From Enoplolaimus lenunculus (lineage: Eukaryota), in the NCBI GenBank assembly GCA_030248215.1, contig JASANG010002125.1, positions 186,001 through 250,000 on the forward strand: a stretch of DNA of 64,000 nucleotides, in the 5' to 3' direction. Below are positions 36,901 to 48,900 of the stretch, piece after piece; the stretch's first letter is position 1; each line of letters starts with the position of its first letter. The notes under the pieces were generated by a model. That model was given only the letters and a program-made list of their open reading frames with translations, was not told the DNA's origin and ran no database searches. A program made the translations under genes and the position numbers.

Positions 36901-39900
36901 GCTTGTGTCGCCGGCCGCGGGTGCCTTTTAACGCGCTTGCCATCGGTTTGAGATTCTTGTTTGGTACGCTAATACGTTCTGGCCTCGCGTTATCCATATT
37001 TTCTTGTTCTTGAATCGATGATTCAACCCAATTCTCGACGTTTTTTTGCAAATCGAGTTTGCTGCGTTTTGTCACATATTTTTTGTCGCTATCACTTGGT
37101 AGATTTCCAAATGTTATCGGTGTGGTTTTGATCGGTTTAACGTCAACAGTTGCTCCTCGACTACTGTCGTCTGTTGGCTTCGATTGTTGAGCACTTAACG
37201 ATTGTTGTATTTCTTTGAGTCGTTTATCAGAGATTGTTCGTATGCCGGTATTTTCTCCGACCGCTCCATGCGTTATGCTGCTATCTGGTTTTGAACGATT
37301 CGCTATGTTTCCGCTCAAATTGCCTTTAGTTGTGGTACTTGTTTCCACTTTGTTCTGCGCTTCATTTTCTGCTGTTGTTTTTTGTTTTTTATTTTGATGC
37401 AATTTTTGTTGTTCATCCACGCCAGATGATATCGATTTACGTTGTTTGCTTTGGGACGTTTCTGCAGGTATTTTTTCTACGATATCCGTCGAAGTTGCTT
37501 GAAATGCTGATGATGTGGTTGATTCTTCTGCAGTTTTCTTCGGTTGAGGCTGTTGAGATTGTTTGCCTGCTTCTTTAGTGTCATTTTTGGCAGTCGTTGA
37601 CGGGGTTTCGTTTGTTGCGGTTTTTTTTGATTTTCGCCTTGGCTGTTTGTTGTCGGCATCGGATTTTTGTTTCTCGCCGAAGTTTTTATCAGGCTGTTCG
37701 CCAACTGCTGGAGCCGCTGATGTTGCATTTGTCGCAGAGGATAGACCTTTCGAGCTGTTCGCAATTGCAGATTTGCTGTTAGCTGGTGATTGTGGCTGTA
37801 TCGGTCCGGTTGTGGGCGCTGAAATTCGTGTCGTAGTTTTTTTGAGCAGCAACTCGTCCGCTAATTGTTTATTAGCTTCATTTTCGCCAATTTTATTTGT
37901 TTTTACGGACAAACTTGCGCTGCTATATGCTTGCACAGGTTCAGAAGGCTTCGCTGATTCGGGCTTATCCGGAGTTTTCGAAGTTTTCTTTTCCATCCGG
38001 TTCGTATTAGATTGTGCTGCTGTTGTATGGGGTGTTTTTGACTCATTTGACTTCGAAGCTTCTTGATGATTGTCGTTTATTTCGCTGTTATTGTCGTTAA
38101 TATCTGCTGATTTTACTTTCAATTTTTGATCTTTAGTTTCGATATTGTGTTCGCTTGCTGGGTTGACACCACGTTTAGTCGTTTTAACGGTTAAATCTGC
38201 GCTTGTAAATGAACCTAAGTTGCTGCTGTTCCCCGTTGCTGGGCTGGTTTTAAGGCTTGACGATGCGGTGGTCATGAAATTTTGAAGCTTGTTGCTGCTG
38301 GCGTCTTGAACAGTTCCAGATTGTATAGTGGATTTTGGTAGAGTTTCGCTTGGTTTGCTGTCATTAATGCTTTCTGCTACTGGTTCAGTAGGAGACGCGT
38401 TTGCGGTTGCCAGTGTTTCAGACGGATTTTTTGCTTTACCCTGTGCTGTCGACAGTGGGCTGGTAGATTCAGGCACAGTTTCAGCTTTTGAGCCAGCTTT
38501 GACTTCTGGTTGAGTCAACAGATCTGATTTGTTCGTGGTCGATTCAGTTGTTTTCACTTTCAAGTCTGGTTTAGATTGGTCCGAATTTTTAACAATTTGG
38601 GTTGTTTCATCAGTCTTGTTCTTCTTCTTCTTTATGCTACTTGCGTCACCGTTGCTAGAATGCTGAGCATTAGTATCGATTTCTGTCGTGGTTTGCGGTT
38701 GAGGTTTTTCGGCGTTTTGCATTTCGGCGTTTTGTTGTTCTTTTGTACCATTGACTGCTGTTTGCTGTATTCGATTTGGTGGTGTGTTATCTTCAGTTTT
38801 TAATGGCAATTTTGTCGCTGACGAAATTTTAGACACCGCCGTTGATGCAAGAATTCGTTCAGCGTTGTTTGAAGCTGCAATTTGGTCCTTGTTTGCGATA
38901 TTGTCCAGTTTCACTCTAAGTGAGCCACTGTGACCGTTTGCAGATTTTTCGCCTTTTGCCGTTTTATTATCACCGTCTTCAAGTATGGTTTTTGATGGAA
39001 CGATTTTCTCGTTTGCTACTGGGTTTTCGATTGCCTGGGCGCTTGCCGTAGTCGTATCTTTTGCTGCTAGTGACTGTTTAATTTCATTCAAACGTTGATC
39101 AGATATATTTCTCATTTGCGAAACACCTGTTGCGTCACCAAGTTTTTGACTTTTGGAAGAAATATCTTTAGATTCTTTAGCAACGTCTTTGTTCGGTTTG
39201 CCTGACTCTTGTTTGGTCGTCCCTGCTTTTGCTTTATCTTCTTTTGCTTCGTCTGGTTTTGCTGGTTGTGGCTGTGCTTTTTCTTCTTTTTCTGTCACTT
39301 TTTCTGCTGTGTGTGCTTTTGCTTTCTCTTCTTTTGTTGTCTCTTGTTTTATTGTCTCTGGTTGTGTTTTGTCTTCTTCTGTTTTATCTTCTTTTGCTAT
39401 CCCTGCTTTTGTTTTCATATCTTGTTTCGTTTTCTCTTCTTTAGCTTTAACCTGGTTTGCTTTCGCTTCTTTTGGTTTATCTTCTTTTGCCAATATGGTA
39501 CCTTTTTCTTCAACTGAAGATTTAGCCTTACCTGTCTTACTTTCATTGTTAATGTCATTCGTAATTTCTACAACAGTTTCCTTTGAGTCTAGCGTCAGAG
39601 CTTCAACCACTTCTGGTTCCGTGCTGTCTTTTGCGATACCGTTTTCTATTGTTCCTTTGGACTTCAATTTCTGCTCTTTGTCTGTGTCCACTCCGCCGTG
39701 AGCTACCACTGTGGTGTTCGTCAAATTTTCCTGATTCGATGTAAGTTTGGTAGAAGACGAGATTTTAGATACTGCCGTTGATGCAAGAATTCGTTCAGCG
39801 TTGCTTGAAGCCGCAATTTGATGTTTATTCGCTATTTTGTCAAGTTTAACTCCAAGCGAACCATCGCGGTGTTTAGCAGTTTTTTCGTCTGTGATTGAAG

Positions 39901-42900
39901 CTTTTGCGTTGTCTTCCAGTATACCGGTTGTCAAATTTTCGGCCGCTTCGGGAATTACCTTGTCTGAGACATTTACTGTGCCGATTTCGTTATCAGCAAG
40001 AGTCTGTTTAATTTCAGTTATCCGTTGATCAGATATATTTCTTACCTGCGGCACGTTTCCTGATTCCGTTGCTTTTTTACTCGTTAACATATTTTTACCA
40101 GTATTAGCTAAGTCATCGCTTCGTTGGTTTTTAGTTTTATCTTGAATTACTGAGATGTCCTTATTTGAAGTTGAGCTTATCACAGTGTCTTGTTTTAAGC
40201 TAGAATTAACTAACAACGCATCGCTAACAGGTTTAACTTCAATGACATGGTTTGTTGCATTTATTGTTTTTTCCGTTTTATCTATTAAACCAGTTTCTGG
40301 TTTGTCTGATTCTGTATTGTTGTGTGATTGAATACCGTTGGCTAAAATTTCTCGGTTACCCGTTAACACAGAAATTTTATCAACAACCACAGGTACCAAC
40401 GAGTCAATTTTAGAATTTTTAATCAAATTTTTTGACGCAATTGCGGTTGAAAGTTTTTCAGATGACTGCTCACTGGGTACAACGCTTCCGTTTGCCATTT
40501 GTCCTTGTGCGTTTGTCGTTGCTAGATTGCTGGTTTCGACCGTGCCATTTGCGACCGGAGTTCCACCGTCTTTGCCACCGCCGATGTGGACTTGAAGGGA
40601 TGGATCCTGAAAACCATTTCGAAGCCAAAAAATATATCACCTTCAAGGTCAGTTAATTATATATTAGCTTTTCATAATTTAAATGCTGCAATGTAAAAAA
40701 TACGTTTTGTACCCAACTTAAAATTTAAGAAAAAAATTATTTTCGTTCAGTTTAGAATAGAAAACTGTACTCCAGAATGAATTGGAATTTCAATACAGAA
40801 TTATATATGTTCAATGTTAAACTTTGACCCATGCAAAGATCAAAGGCGGATCCGTTTTTTACGCTACTGCAATAGAGTAAGTTTAAGCTTCAGAATAATT
40901 TTTTGCTTAGGCTTAGACTAGACTTAGGCTTCGGTATAAGATTATTCTTACGTCTATGCTTTGGTTTAGGCTTAGAAATATGTTTTTATACAACTGTTTT
41001 GACCACGTTCTATTTATTGGCCTAAACTTTTAAACCCGAAACGGGTAAATCAAACCAAATATATTCAACAAATTTCAACAATTGCGCCTTAGATCGAGGC
41101 CGAAAATTAACTTACTAACGTCAATTTTAACTTTTAGTTTAACCAGTTTAGCAAGTTACCGTCACATTATACTGTCGACCAAAACCTTGCTAAACACACT
41201 GGTAAGTTCTTGGTCTTATAAGCTAAACATTTCCGCTTGATATTACATCAAACCATCTTCTAGAGCTGTATATAAGTTAGGCTTAATGTAATTTAAACTA
41301 GATTAACAAACTTACGTCAACTTTCATGTTATTCAACTGATCGAGCGCTGCGTCAATCGCATTACCAGATTCGTCAATCGTGTGATGATCTGCATAAATT
41401 AATTAAAACCGTTTGTTTAGTTGAAATCGCACGTGCTCAGTCAAAATTTCAACTTGAGTTGAAATTTTAAACTTTGAACTGTACGGGTGGCGGACGGCGC
41501 CGTTCGTCACCCATGCCCATGTAAAGATCAGGGGCGGAACGTTTTTTGTTGGACAAGAAAAGAGTAAGCTAAAGCTTTTAGACTAATTGTTTGATTGGCT
41601 TAGGCTTAGGCTTAGGCTTGAGCTTAGGAATATGATATAATACTGTTTAGCCCCTGTTCTTTACATTGGCCGTCACCCGTCGCGTGCGATAACGTATGGG
41701 GACGCATGGCGCCGTACGAATGATTGACGGCGCCGTACGGGTGACGCACGATGACGGACGGCGCCGGACGTCAAGTATAACGCAACCCTAAATAAACCAT
41801 CAGTAAATATACGCATCTTTAAATTTAGTTTCAGAAATAATTACGTAATGTTATGAAAATATTATGTATCATGTTGCGGAAGCAAAACATGGTACGACGA
41901 ATTTATAATAATTTAAAAACAAGATCTTAACATTTCAATCAAAAACGAGTTATTTTGCGAATCAGCTAATATTTTCGTTATAAAGTACGTTTAAAGTTTA
42001 AAATAACATCAGATTAGGACACTATTTTTAAAATATATCAATTTTTAAAATGAGTTCTAAGGTATGCTTCAACAATGGTAAACGATACAAGTTACATTTT
42101 AATGTTTTGCAACTTTTATATTTGAACATATAAAGACAACTTGTAGTTACAAGCAATTTCAAACATAATATGAGAGCCTAGAACTATACCCGAAAACACT
42201 TTGTTGTATCTAAAGGTGTAATATTAATTTCGGAAGAGGGGTTACGTTCGTTAAAAATTCCAAATCAGGTTTGTTGTGTTACCTACTTCAAAAGTTCCCA
42301 AGTAACCGTTGACACACAATCCTTATGGGTTTGCCCCAAACCCTCCCTTCCGCCTGCCCCGGCTACGGTCTGATTGTACCTGCGCGAGATGAAGATCTTG
42401 AATCCGCAACTGAACTTTGTCTGCTCATGGAGCTCATTCGACTCATCGAAGAACCAGATTTGTAGAAGCTGGAAAACAATAACAAGGCGTACGTACAGGT
42501 TGACGCAAAGTTTTTCGGCAACTTTGGCGCATATGTTGTACTATTTTTTTAGAAATACGCCCAGTACTTCTGTTAAGAGCCAACAAGGGTTTGAAACTTT
42601 ATGAACGGAGTGTGTATTATGTTCGTTTATACACATTCGATTCAATTGGCATTGAAACAGAAATTGAAATTTTTTTAGTTGAATAAACCCTTCTTACATA
42701 CAGTTAAGCAACCTGTGTAATGTGAATAACGTGAAATAATGCACAATGTTCAAAATCTCCACAAATTGTGATAACCCCGGGAGGCTCGAACGGTATGCTT
42801 CCATAGCTGAGCGGTAATGTAAACACCTCTCACCGTAGTGTTTGTGGTTGGAAACGTAGCTTAAATTAGGGCCCATATTCTCAAATACATATAACACATA

Positions 42901-45900
42901 TTACCAGTTAGTAATAGGTTTTCAAACTAACGAACTGCTGCAATTGCAGATTTCAAAATTTGCACAGAAATAGAGTAAATCGAATGCAATTAAATGTGCT
43001 AGATTTCAAACCTTACCATTCCCTGGTTCGAAAATTTCCAACACCTACTGGTAATATATGCTACACACATTTTAGAATACGGAATTAGATTTCCGATGAA
43101 ATAGAAAACAGTTATCTGAGAAAGGGTTAACACAGACGCAAAACATATAATCGTTTCACGTCTTTTGCTCGCACCGACTTTCACGTTAAGCTAATTCGCC
43201 AGTTCCGATCGGTGTCGGAGCTTAAATAGAAATTTAAATTATTTTCTTATAATTAAAAACCGTCAAAAATATTTCATTTTTTACCTGTTTTGTACCGACA
43301 TACGACTCAAAGTAGTCGCTGAACTTTGTGCGTCTTCGTCAATCGCTGTATACGCATCACGCGGACCCTCGTCTTCTTCAGCAACTTCTGCCAGCAGTGG
43401 TTCGAGTTGCGATCGCGGCGGGCCATCCTTTGATGAAATTTCGAATGTTTCCATTTTTCCTTTTCCCTTAAAAAGTTTTCCGAAAAAATTAACTTTTTTT
43501 TGTGGAATCCCACGAACCAACTCTTAATAGCAGCCTAACAGGTATTTTTAGCCAATCTAACGGTTAAGCACGCATTTACTTCCTGTTATCGTACTGAGAT
43601 GTAAATGTTACACAACTGAAGCAAGCTCTTGCAAGTACCATGCATCATATATCAAAAGGGTATCACGGCAATTCGTCGTCCAACAACTCGTCTGCCGATA
43701 ACCGACAATTTGTTGCCCATCATTATACTTAGGCTGGCTCATGTAAAGATCAGGGGCGGAGAGCTGTTCTGTGGTACTAGAACAGAGTAAGCATAAGCGT
43801 TAAACTTATTTTTTTGCTTGGCCGAGGCTTAGACGTAGGCTTAGGCTTAGGAATACGCACATTTTTGCGCTTAGGTTTAGGCTTAGGCTTAGGCTTAGGC
43901 TTACGCTTAGGAAGATGCCTAAATACTGTTCCGCCCCTGTTCTTTACATTGCCCTTAGTGTGAAGCCTAAGCTTAGGATTACGCTTAGGATTATGCTTAG
44001 ATTTATTCAAGCGCTTTACCTTTACAACACTGATGGCGACAAGCGGTCAGGCGACGAATTGTAGATTCTACAAAAAGAACGACCCCTTAAACGTCGTCGG
44101 ACACGAAATTCTCCCCCGTATTTTTGTTAATAATGGTGACGATTTCAACGCAACATAGCGTTATACAACAATGACTGCATCACCAACGTGCCTTTATATT
44201 TATCACTCCACGTTCTCCAAATGTGTACATTCCAGGCGCTTGTTCTTCGAGTTTGTCTTTACCAGCTGAGCTTGTCATAACGGTCATGATCTGGCAAAAA
44301 AAATTGAAAACCATGAACCAGCAGGAAAAACGACCAATTGTCATTTTGCAGGAAACCCTGAGTTGTCGCATTTGCAAGTTTTACTCGTACAATTCTAAAT
44401 TGCACTGAAGTAATTTTCGGCCATTGTTGCTAAACACAAATGTATAGAACAGAACCGTAGCAATAGTACAAGCATATTCCAAAGCCTAAGCTTAAGCGTA
44501 AGCGTAAGTAAGCGCTTATACCTAACCTAAGCCTGAGACAAAGTATAAGCAAAAAAATAGTCTAAAGCTTAAGCTTATTCTACAACAGTCGGGCAGAAAA
44601 ACGTTCCGCCCCAAAATTTTAATATGGCTCCTGAAGTCAACAATAACCTTTCATTATACCACTGCAAACTTGCTGGCAATCAAATTTTTCTCTGTGTGAC
44701 AAATCCCAAAATCACTGAACAAGTTACTTGACTGAGTTAAATTTGTAAGTCATCGTGATCGCTACACACAAAAAAAGTTTTTCTGAATTTATTCAGAAAA
44801 GCATTTTCTGTTTTAAATCTGAAAAGTTTTTCTGATATTTAAGACAATTTTTCTGAAAATAACTGGAAAACGTTTATTTTCAGACTTTATTTCAACACGT
44901 TTTTTGAAAACATTTCTGTTATACCAGAAATACTTTTCAAGTGCACCTTGCTATATTTCTTAAATGTAAGAAATTTTTTCTTAAATATCAGAAGTATTAT
45001 TTTGAGTGTAGATTTCGTAGCTGTTTAAGTGAGAATTTAAATTTCAAAAAAATGATTACTACTCACCACTTCATTATGACTTTCGAATCGCGACGAACAG
45101 TTGACTGTGTCTCCAAACAGGCAAAACCTTGGTGCTTTCAGTCCAACAACACCGCCAACGACCGATCCAGTATGCATACCTGTGTTTGATTCAGAAGTTA
45201 GCGTATATATGATTACGGGTATGCGCAGTACAAAATCTCCACAAAACGTGACAGCCAAGTGAGACTCGAGCGGCCAGCTCTTATTGTCGAGAAGTGACGG
45301 CAAACTGTTTACATGCGAGAGCATGAAAATTCGAAACGTGGGTTAAAATTCGATCTCAGATGTGACAGAAAATGTCAAATGAAAAACGAATCATAATGTA
45401 AATTGGTTTTTTGCTTAGGCTTAGACTTAGGTATAGGATCACTCATACGCGTAGGTTCAGGTTTGGGTTCAATAGACTTAGCAATATGCTTATACTACTG
45501 ATACGACCTTGTTCTATACTTTAGCGACAATCTTCGAACCCTTCGAAAAGTTTAATGGCGGCTGACCGTATTTCACATGAAATACAGCTTCGTATAACTG
45601 AAATCCAATCAAATATGTATACCTATTTTAATTTTCACCGCTTGTTTTGTGGTTTCTTCAACAAAATTTGACATACATTCGATCATATCTAACGCTGTAT
45701 CAGCACAATACTCAGTATGGTACGGTGTCGGATGTGGAACGCCGCACGAAATCATGTAACTTTCACCGATGGTTTCGACCGGAAATTTGAAAATTGTTTA
45801 CAAAATCATGACACATTTTTTTCAACTGTTTGTTATATTAATTGTAGCGCATGCATGGTGCGTGGGAAACGCTTTCTCCAACAACACAAAGTTGTCGAAA

Positions 45901-48900
45901 TAAAATTTCAAACCCAACTAAATATAATGCGCGGGCAGCACCTTGCCAGAAATAAAACAGACAATAGCGTAGGTTTTCAGTTTAAAAGTTAAGTTGACCG
46001 CGGGTAAAAACTGAATTTTTTTACCCGTGTGATAAAAATATTTACTAAAGGGTATATCTAAGCATGAAACTTTTTGAACCGATCCGCGTTTACCCGCGGG
46101 TTCCCACGGGTAACGTCCCACTATGAACCGGATATCCGTTTGCGGTAAGAATCGGAGGCTGTTTCCGTTTCCTTTATACAAATAACGGAAATTCTGTTAG
46201 CTTTGCGTTCAAAATTAGTTATAAATCACGCATATATCTCGCAATTTTTCGCAACAGATATGCTGTCATTGTTTGAAATGAAATAAAAAATATTACGAAA
46301 CTCATCCAAAATCGTAAAATAGCTTACGTCAATCTGTGGTTTTAATTTTATGAGCGTATCTTACTGGTTTATTTAGTTATTTACATCTACAGTACTCTTA
46401 CTGGTTTCATAATGCTAAAATTTAAGGTACATACCTTTAGCAAATGTTGAACTTCAATTTCCTAATTTTTGCTCGTCGTGAAGATATCAAGGTTTCCGTT
46501 ATATATTCAACTAAATGTAACCTTACCTTGTACACGCCGTGTTTGTTTACTACTGTATCTAAGGCGTTGAATATTTGATTCAACATTGTAACAATTGCGA
46601 GCGGTTCCATTATACTGCTTATTTTCAAGAAATCTTTGACTTTTGTGAAACAAATTGTCGCCGATTCAAAAGTCTAAAACCAAACCAGATAAAATTGATT
46701 TTAGCATTCATTTTGGCTAATCCATAGGTTAATCACAATAAATTTGCATAAACCATGTCATAATTTTCCACATGCCTATCGGGCAAGCAGAAAACCCACG
46801 GCGTTGCTCAGAAATGTTGCAACCGTGCGACCCGTATGCAACAGGGCTGTAAAATACTTACAAAATACCATCAAAGACGTACGAAACACATTTTATATAT
46901 TCTGGTTCATGTTACTTTAAGGGGCGTTCAGGTTTTTGGTGGGTCTACAAAATAGTAGATTTAGATTATAGATTACATTTTTTACTTAGACTTAGGCTTA
47001 GGCTTAGGAATACGCTTAATCTATTGCTACACCCCTTAAAGTAACATTGGCCAAATACTTTATACAATTTATTTAACCAAACTTGAAACGGTAATTTCAA
47101 ATATTATTAGCCCTGTCTGCTAGAACTGTCTTTGACCAAAATAATACTCTATCTATACTTGACGTCTGATATTTTGGCTAAGTTCAGTTGCTAAACCCTT
47201 ACAAATTAAACTAAAATAGTAAACTAAAATTGAGTCCAAAATCCTAAATGTAATTGTAATCTAAATGATATGACATTCCGAATATCTGTGTATATCAGAC
47301 TTTTCGAGTTTATTTTCAAGTTTGCTATCAATGGTAATTGTTACTTTGGAGGTTTAAGAATACTAGCAGTGACGGATCAAGTAATTTCTGTATGCTTCGG
47401 CGAACGAAATACAATGGTAGAAAAAAACTCGTGAGTGAAGCGATCAAGAATCCGGCACTATAAGGAGTGTAACAGTAGATTTAAGCGTATTCCTAAGCCT
47501 AAGCCTAAGCCTAAGCGTTGCAAAAATGTGTTCCTAAGCCTAAGCCTAACCCTAAGCGAAAAAATGTTATCTAGGCTCTAAACCTAGTCTTTTATGGACC
47601 CACCAGAAACCTGGACGCCCCTTAAAGTAACATGGGCCAAGAATCCGATAGCCACACTAGTGCTAAACCATTAAACATAAACTCCGTTTTTATTATCGTT
47701 AGAGGGGCTAGGCAGTGGTGTTCCCCTTTGACCAGTCGCAGTAAATATTAGTGATATTTGACTTTGGCATGTATACCTGACATATTTCTGGCGGCGTATC
47801 AGATGCAAGCATAATTTGTGCGACCGCACGAGGCATCATTTCACTTAACAAATCTTTCGCTTGTTTTCGAGCGTCGTCAATTTCTTTCAAATTGCCAGCC
47901 AACGCTCGTGATTTTTCTCGTTCCTGAAAATAATTGAAACACGTTTTTCGTTTTGAATAAAGTTTTTTTTTTGAAAAATTTCAATAACAACATTTTTACC
48001 GAACACAATCTTATACAATGGGGGGGATAAAGGTGATAGCTTCCATTCTGGAAATTTTACAGAAGAAACAATGAAAACAGACGTTTTGATTGTTCAGAAT
48101 AAACTTCTGCATCTTACAGGTGAAAAACTTTTCTTGCTTGAGACGCTTTGCTTGCAAAAAAGTATTGTTAAACAGCGTTTGAACGCTGCCTCCAGCAGAG
48201 TTTATTCGCAGCTACACTGCAAAAAATGGTTTGTCAAATTGACTCTCTCTCTCTGAAATAGACTTTTCCGGACTACACAAATTGATTCAAAATTCGACTC
48301 CGCCAGAGTCAGCTTCGACTCACTGAGTCGCACGCTTGACTCACGCGGAGTCGAATTTGACTCAGTTTGAGAAATCCTGAAAAGCCTACTTCGTGGAGAA
48401 TCAATTTGACTCACCATTTTTTGCAGTGTGCATAAAATATCTAATCTGCAAATATTTCAGCTCGTTTGTTTGAAAACATATCGCTATAACTGGACGGCAT
48501 ATCCTATATATGATGGGCGACAATAGTTTTTACCCCAAGCAATAAATCTTTCAAACTGTCCGATTGTTGAACGGATGCCATAATCATATCGCGATTGCAA
48601 TCCGAAATTGAATAATCACTGACACACAATCCCATACTGAACATTTCATCAAGACTGTCGATTCTGTGCAAATAAACAGACTCAAGTAGATTTGAGTTGT
48701 TATTTCAAACTACTTTAACGTGGATGCAAATTTGTAACCGTAAAACATTCTTCACAACACTTGTTAGGAACGTATTTTAATATGCATATATATGCAGACT
48801 CTTATTTATAAATGAAACAATAATAACAACAGCAGAAACATTGCCCAAAATACGTATGCGGTGCGTTCCAGCTTTAATAATATAGATTAATATTTTTGGG

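Noticed and set aside
36183..40028. Plus-strand ORFs (201, 167, 182 aa and others) overlapping the giant exon
   Set aside because: Antisense shadows of a low-complexity coding strand
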